Origin: Planctomycetota bacterium
GTDB lineage: Bacteria; Planctomycetota; Phycisphaerae; UBA1845; JANYLN01
DNA: 45,403 nucleotides
Reading direction: 5' to 3'
Assembly: GCA_025357795.1 (NCBI GenBank)
Contig: JANYLN010000049.1
Span: forward strand, 1-45,403
Of this stretch, positions 40,553-45,403 are shown in pieces. Under the pieces are notes generated by a model. It searched no databases and had not been told where the DNA came from. It worked only from the letters and a program-made list of their open reading frames with translations. Within the stretch, counting starts at the first letter, position 1, and the number at the start of each line of letters is the position of its first letter. The translations under genes and the position numbers were made by a program.

Positions 40553-41869
40553 TTACTTCACGAACGTTTGGTAGATCGCCGTGACGGTCCGCTCGAAGTC
40601 CTCGTTGCTCACGCCCACGATGATGTTGATCTCGCTGGACCCCTGGTCGATCATCCGGATGTTGACGTTCGCCTGGCCCAGCGCCCCCAGCACCTTCGCC
40701 GCGATGCCCGGGGTGTATGCCATGCCCCGCCCGACCGTCGCAATAAGAGCCATCCCCCGGTAGACATTCACCGAGTCAGGCTGGCACTCCGTCTGGATCT
40801 CCGAGACGATCTTGTCCACCTTGCCGTTGAGCTGGCTGTCCGCGATCACCACGCTGATCGTGTCGATGCCCGACGGCATGTGCTCGAACGACACGCCGTT
40901 GACCTCCAACACCGAGAGCAGTCGCCGGGCAAACCCCAACTCCTGGTTCATGAGGGCCTTTTCGACCACGATAACCGTGAAGTCCTTCTTGCCTGCGATG
41001 CCCGTGATCATCCCGCGATGCGTGATAGGCGACGCATCCTTCACGATCATCGTGCCGGCATCCTCCGGCCGGTTCGTGTTGCGGATGTTCACCGGGATGC
41101 CCGCCTGGCGGACCGGGAAGATCGCCTCGTCATGCAGCACCGTCGCCCCCATGTACGCCAGTTCCCGCAGCTCACCGTACGTGACCACCTCCATAGTCAG
41201 TGCGTCCTTGACGATCCGCGGGTCCGCAATCAGGAGTCCCGACACGTCCGTCCAGTTTTCGTAGATCGATGCCGCCGCCCCCCGCGCCACGATCGCGCCA
41301 CTGATGTCCGAGCCGCCTCGGCTGAAAGTCTTGACCTCGCCGCCAGGCAGCGACCCGTAAAAGCCCGGGATCACCGCCCGCTCATGCTCCGCCAGCCGCT
41401 TGCTGATGACCGTTTGCGTCCGCATCGCGTCGAAGCGGCCATTCTCGTCGAAGAAAATCACCTCCGCCGCGTCAATGAAGTCGTACCCCAGCAGATCCGC
41501 CATGATCAGGCCGTTCAGGTACTCGCCCCGGCTGGCGGTGTAATCCGCCGAAGCCCCGGCGGCGATATCATTGTAGATCTTCTGGAGGTGGGGCTTGAGG
41601 TCGAATTGTAGTTCCAGGTCGGTGACGATCTGGAGGTAGCGGTCGGCGATGATGTCGAAGACCTCATCGATCGACACCTGCTGCTTGGCCGTAGCATGGC
41701 AGAGGTAGAGCAGGTCGGTGATCTTCTTATCGTCACTGGTCCGCTTGCCGGGGGCCGACGGTACGACATAGCGCCGCTCCGGGTCCGCCTCGATAATAGC
41801 CTTGACCTTGCAGATCTGGCCCGCATCCGCCAAGGACGTACCACCAAACTTGGCAACCTTGATACCCAT
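40553..41869 (-). CDS. lysC: Aspartate kinase with two ACT domains
   Basis: KFGGTSLAD, VPSAPGKR, FSRGGSDISG, WTDVSG, ELRELAYMGA. Confidence 0.93.
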   Translation of the reverse strand: MGIKVAKFGGTSLADAGQICKVKAIIEADPERRYVVPSAPGKRTSDDKKITDLLYLCHATAKQQVSIDEVFDIIADRYLQIVTDLELQFDLKPHLQKIYNDIAAGASADYTASRGEYLNGLIMADLLGYDFIDAAEVIFFDENGRFDAMRTQTVISKRLAEHERAVIPGFYGSLPGGEVKTFSRGGSDISGAIVARGAAASIYENWTDVSGLLIADPRIVKDALTMEVVTYGELRELAYMGATVLHDEAIFPVRQAGIPVNIRNTNRPEDAGTMIVKDASPITHRGMITGIAGKKDFTVIVVEKALMNQELGFARRLLSVLEVNGVSFEHMPSGIDTISVVIADSQLNGKVDKIVSEIQTECQPDSVNVYRGMALIATVGRGMAYTPGIAAKVLGALGQANVNIRMIDQGSSEINIIVGVSNEDFERTVTAIYQTFVK

Positions 41870-42197
41870 GTCACTCCCACCTCTTGCTCGTCAGGGGTAA
41901 AACACCGGCTGGAACAAAGGCAAGTAGTATACGCGCCTCCCCCTGCAACGCGAGACCATTTTGGAGCGAATTTGCCGCCTGCTCGCGAATTCCTTCGCCC
42001 ACCCTCCACAACCCCCGCCGTCGGCCTCTCGCCCAAGGCGTGTACCGCACACCCACTGCCTGTCCCCCTCACACCCCATTACCCACTTCACCCGCCCTTG
42101 CTCATCGCCCATCTTGTTGTACTGTATAAGGTCATCCGGACCCGCTGCGAACGGTATTCGCAGCTGACCGATTCCCTCTGTCTCAGGATGACCGATC

Positions 42198-44939
42198 ATG
42201 GCGACTTTCGTCCCGACGTACCTGCGTTGCGAGTACCTGGTCAACCCCCTGGCAATCGACACGCCGGCCCCCCGGCTCAGTTGGATCCTCCAGCCGACTC
42301 AACCCAGCCTGCGAAGCCTCCGCCAGACCGCCTACCAGGTCCTCGTCGCCACCAGCCCCGACAAACTCGCCTCCAACGCCGGCGATGCCTGGGACTCCGG
42401 CAAGGTCCCCTCCGACGCGATGAACCAAATCGAATACACTGGCAAGCAGACCCGCTCAGGCCGCTCCTGCTTCTGGAAGGTCCGCTGCTGGGACCAGGAT
42501 GACAACGTTTCCGCCTGGAGCCAGCCCGCCACCTGGTCGCAGGGCATGGGCCAGTACGAATGGCAAGGCAAGTGGGTCGGCGCCGCCGAAACCCCCCCCG
42601 CCGACCGCCCCGGCCCCTCCCCAATAGTCCGCAAGGCCTTCCGTTTGGACGCCCCCGTTACCCGGGCCATCGCCTACGCCTCCGCCCTAGGCCTCTATGA
42701 GCTGCACCTCAACGGCCAGCGCGTAGGCGACCAGGTTCTCTCCCCCGAGTGGACCGACTACAACAAGCGCATCCAGTATCAGGCCTACGACGTGACCGCC
42801 CTGCTCCAACCCGGCGACAACGCCCTCGGCGCCATGCTCGCCGAAGGCTGGTACGCAGGCCGTGTCGGCCTGACCCACATCGTCAAGGATGGCCCTGTCC
42901 GTCACATCTACGGCGATCGTCCACGCCTGCTGGTCCAGTTGCAGATCGAACTCGCCGACGGCCGCGCCCAGATCCTCACCACCGACAACACCTGGCGCTA
43001 CACCCTCGAAGGCCCCATCCGCTACGCCGACATCCTCGACGGCCAGGTGTACGACGCCACCCGCGAGATCCCAGGCTGGGATACCCCCGCCTTCGATGAC
43101 GCTGGCTGGCACCCCGTCGACGTCCTCGACAAGGCCAAGGGCAAACTCGTCGCCCAACCCAACGAGCCCATCCGCATCACCCGCCAGCTCCGCCCCGTCG
43201 CCGTCCGCGAAGCAAAGCCCGGCACCTGGGTTTTCGACCTGGGCCAGAACATCGCCGGTGTCTGCCGCCTGAAGGTCCGCGAGCCCGCCGGCACGATCAT
43301 CCGCCTCCGCCACGCCGAAATGCGCAGCGACGACGGCACGATCTACCGCGAAAACCTCCGCATGCCCAAGGACGGCGGCCCCCTCGGCGCCCGCCAGGAA
43401 GACCGCTTCGTCACCAAGGGATCAGGCGACGAAACCTTCGAGCCCGGCTTCACCTACCACGGCTTCCAATACGTCGAGGTTGTAGGCCTGACCACCGCCC
43501 CAACCCTCGAGACGCTGACTGGCTGCGCGATGTACTCCGCCGCCCCCGAGGTCGGCACCTTCGACTGCTCGAGCCCCATGCTCAATCAGCTCTTCTCGAA
43601 CATCTTCTGGACCCAGCGCGACAACCTGCTCGGCATCCCCACCGACTGCCCGCAGCGCGACGAACGCCTCGGCTGGACCGGCGATATGCAGGTCTTCAGC
43701 CAGACCGCGATGTTCAACCAGGACATGGCTGCCTTCTTCTCCAAGTGGGTCCCCGACCTCCGCGATGCTCAGGCCGACGACGGCCGGTTCCCGGATGTCG
43801 CCCCCCACCCCTACAACCCCAACGAACGTTTCAGCGGCGCGCCGGCCTGGGGTGACGCCGGCACGGTCGTACCCTGGCGGCAATGGATCAACTACGGCGA
43901 CAAGCGACTCCTCACCGACCACTTCCCCTCCGCCGCCCGCTGGGTCGACTGGATCCGCGAGAACAACCCCGACCTCATCTGGTGCAACAAGCGCCACAAT
44001 GACTACGGCGACTGGCTCCACGGCGACACCCTCAAGGCCGAGGGCTGGCCCAAGACCGGCGGCGAGGTCCCCAAGGAGATCTTCGCCACCGCCTTTTTCG
44101 CCCACTCTGCCGAACTCGTCGCCCGCATGGCCCACGTCCTGGGCCTCAAGTGCGAAGCCTCGAAATACGCCAGCCTCGCCGCCTCCGTCAAGGTCGCCTT
44201 CTGCAATCGCTTCGTCTCCCTCGATGGCCACATCTGCGGTGACACACAGGCAGGCTATGCCCTCGCCTTGGCCTTCGACCTGCTGCCGGAGAACCTCCGC
44301 CCCGCGGCCGCGAAGTACATGGTCGAAGGCGTTGCCCGCTACAAGGGTCACATGTCCACCGGCTTCAACAGCACCGTCCGCATGATGCTCGAACTCACCC
44401 GCTGGGGCTACAACGACCTCGCCTATGACCTGGTTAACTGCACGACCTTCCCCTCCTGGGGCTACATGATCGAAAACGGCGCCACCACGATCTGGGAGCG
44501 TTGGGACGGCTACGTGAAGGGGCGCGGCTTCCAGGACGCCGGCATGAACTCCTTCTGCCATTACGCCATCGGCTCCGTAGGCGAGTGGATGTACCGCGTG
44601 ATCCTGGGCATCAACCCCGATGAGCACGATGTCGCCTACAAGCACGTCGTTATCTGCCCCCTGCCCGGTGGCGACATCACCCACGCCCGTGGCCAGTACG
44701 ACTCCATCCGCGGCCGGATCGCTACCGCCTGGAAACGTGATGGCGACCGCCTTTGCCTCGACGTCACCATCCCGCCCAACACCACCGCCACGGTCTACAT
44801 CCCCGCCAGGGATGCCGCCGCCGTCACCGAGAGCAGCCATCCGGCCTCCAGCGCCCCCGGCGTGAGGTTCCTCCGCATGGCCGGCAACTGCGCGGTCTAC
44901 GAGATCGGCTCCGGCGACTACCGCTTCGTCTCGCAATAA
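42198..44939 (+). CDS. GH78 alpha-L-rhamnosidase family protein
   Basis: LRCEYLVNPL, DLGQN, FTYHGFQY, PTDCPQRDERLGWTGD, ATTIWERW, NSFCHY; no signal peptide. Confidence 0.93.
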   Translation: MATFVPTYLRCEYLVNPLAIDTPAPRLSWILQPTQPSLRSLRQTAYQVLVATSPDKLASNAGDAWDSGKVPSDAMNQIEYTGKQTRSGRSCFWKVRCWDQDDNVSAWSQPATWSQGMGQYEWQGKWVGAAETPPADRPGPSPIVRKAFRLDAPVTRAIAYASALGLYELHLNGQRVGDQVLSPEWTDYNKRIQYQAYDVTALLQPGDNALGAMLAEGWYAGRVGLTHIVKDGPVRHIYGDRPRLLVQLQIELADGRAQILTTDNTWRYTLEGPIRYADILDGQVYDATREIPGWDTPAFDDAGWHPVDVLDKAKGKLVAQPNEPIRITRQLRPVAVREAKPGTWVFDLGQNIAGVCRLKVREPAGTIIRLRHAEMRSDDGTIYRENLRMPKDGGPLGARQEDRFVTKGSGDETFEPGFTYHGFQYVEVVGLTTAPTLETLTGCAMYSAAPEVGTFDCSSPMLNQLFSNIFWTQRDNLLGIPTDCPQRDERLGWTGDMQVFSQTAMFNQDMAAFFSKWVPDLRDAQADDGRFPDVAPHPYNPNERFSGAPAWGDAGTVVPWRQWINYGDKRLLTDHFPSAARWVDWIRENNPDLIWCNKRHNDYGDWLHGDTLKAEGWPKTGGEVPKEIFATAFFAHSAELVARMAHVLGLKCEASKYASLAASVKVAFCNRFVSLDGHICGDTQAGYALALAFDLLPENLRPAAAKYMVEGVARYKGHMSTGFNSTVRMMLELTRWGYNDLAYDLVNCTTFPSWGYMIENGATTIWERWDGYVKGRGFQDAGMNSFCHYAIGSVGEWMYRVILGINPDEHDVAYKHVVICPLPGGDITHARGQYDSIRGRIATAWKRDGDRLCLDVTIPPNTTATVYIPARDAAAVTESSHPASSAPGVRFLRMAGNCAVYEIGSGDYRFVSQ

Positions 44940-44985
44940 CAGGCCGCGTCTGGCACGGCGTCCTCGTCCTGGCCATTGCGACTCC

Positions 44986-45016
44986 CAGCCCCTGGCAACA
45001 TCGCGGGGGCTGCTAC
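44986..45016 (-). repeat. GTAG-type REP-like palindrome
   Basis: Minus strand reads GTAG-cagcccc...ggggctg. Confidence 0.5.
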
Positions 45017-45216
45017 GTTTTGCCGACGGGACCCTCTGCCCTTACGCCTTCCCAGGCTGTCCAGCCGCCGTCGTTGCCGCCCCCCCCCTGCCGACAGCAG
45101 ATGCCCCGCCGGCAACAACGGCTGGATCGTCAAACTGCTCGACGAGATGGTCGCCAGACAGGAGGACTCAGCAATGACTGAGTAAGGGTAAGGACAACCC
45201 AACCAAACAACCAACG

Positions 45217-45248
45217 CCGCGGATCTGGGGTCTGCGGCTTTTTTTTTG
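45217..45248 (+). terminator. Putative intrinsic terminator
   Basis: gccgcggatc/ggtctgcggc stem followed by T9. Confidence 0.7.
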
Positions 45249-45403
45249 CGCCCGGCAATATAATTTTCGCGCCGCAAGGGCCCGACACGCCACCCCTGGC
45301 ACACCCGGCGCGCAAGACCGGCCACCGGCGAACCTTATCTCTACCGCCCCATTTTTGGTCTAGACCATGTGTCCCTTTTTTTCAACAAGGTCGCCTCGCC
45401 CCC

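Noticed and set aside
41870-42197. Lysine riboswitch upstream of aspartate kinase
   Set aside because: No recognisable L-box motifs
44976-45185. Short ORF ending WIVKLLDEMVARQEDSAMTE before a terminator
   Set aside because: May be a gene remnant, but there is no credible start or recognisable family

Overview
GC-rich chromosomal window that is mostly housekeeping, probably from a Planctomycetota (Phycisphaerae-like) bacterium. That assignment is inferred from the AtpD P-loop GGAGLGKT, the long AtpA insertion and the gene set. Recognised blocks, in order: FTCD-like protein, M16 peptidase, response regulator, membrane pyrophosphatase (hppA), rpmF-plsX-fabH-fabD-fabG-acpP-fabF, an orphan FliM/FliN-type protein, ilvC, a complete F1Fo atp operon, murB, sodA + ChrF-like + MFS, rpsB-tsf-pyrH (pyrH frameshifted, frr absent), lpxB, a URO-D-family protein, trpG/pabA, a group II intron 3' remnant, GNAT, an SPFH/Zn-ribbon pair, aspartate kinase and a GH78 rhamnosidase. 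No rRNA, tRNA, CRISPR array or intact transposase was seen. The most interesting signals are non-coding. (1) An unannotated ~145-nt structured RNA candidate with its own promoter and U-tract (15097-15247). (2) A toolkit of dispersed intergenic modules that inflate almost every atp spacer and recur elsewhere: a ~110-bp G-tract repeat, paired REP-like hairpins, CAA-rich linkers, a heptamer-period long hairpin, and GAACGGC at stop codons. (3) Local strand-skew domains, with a change near a decayed PTS EIIA remnant.
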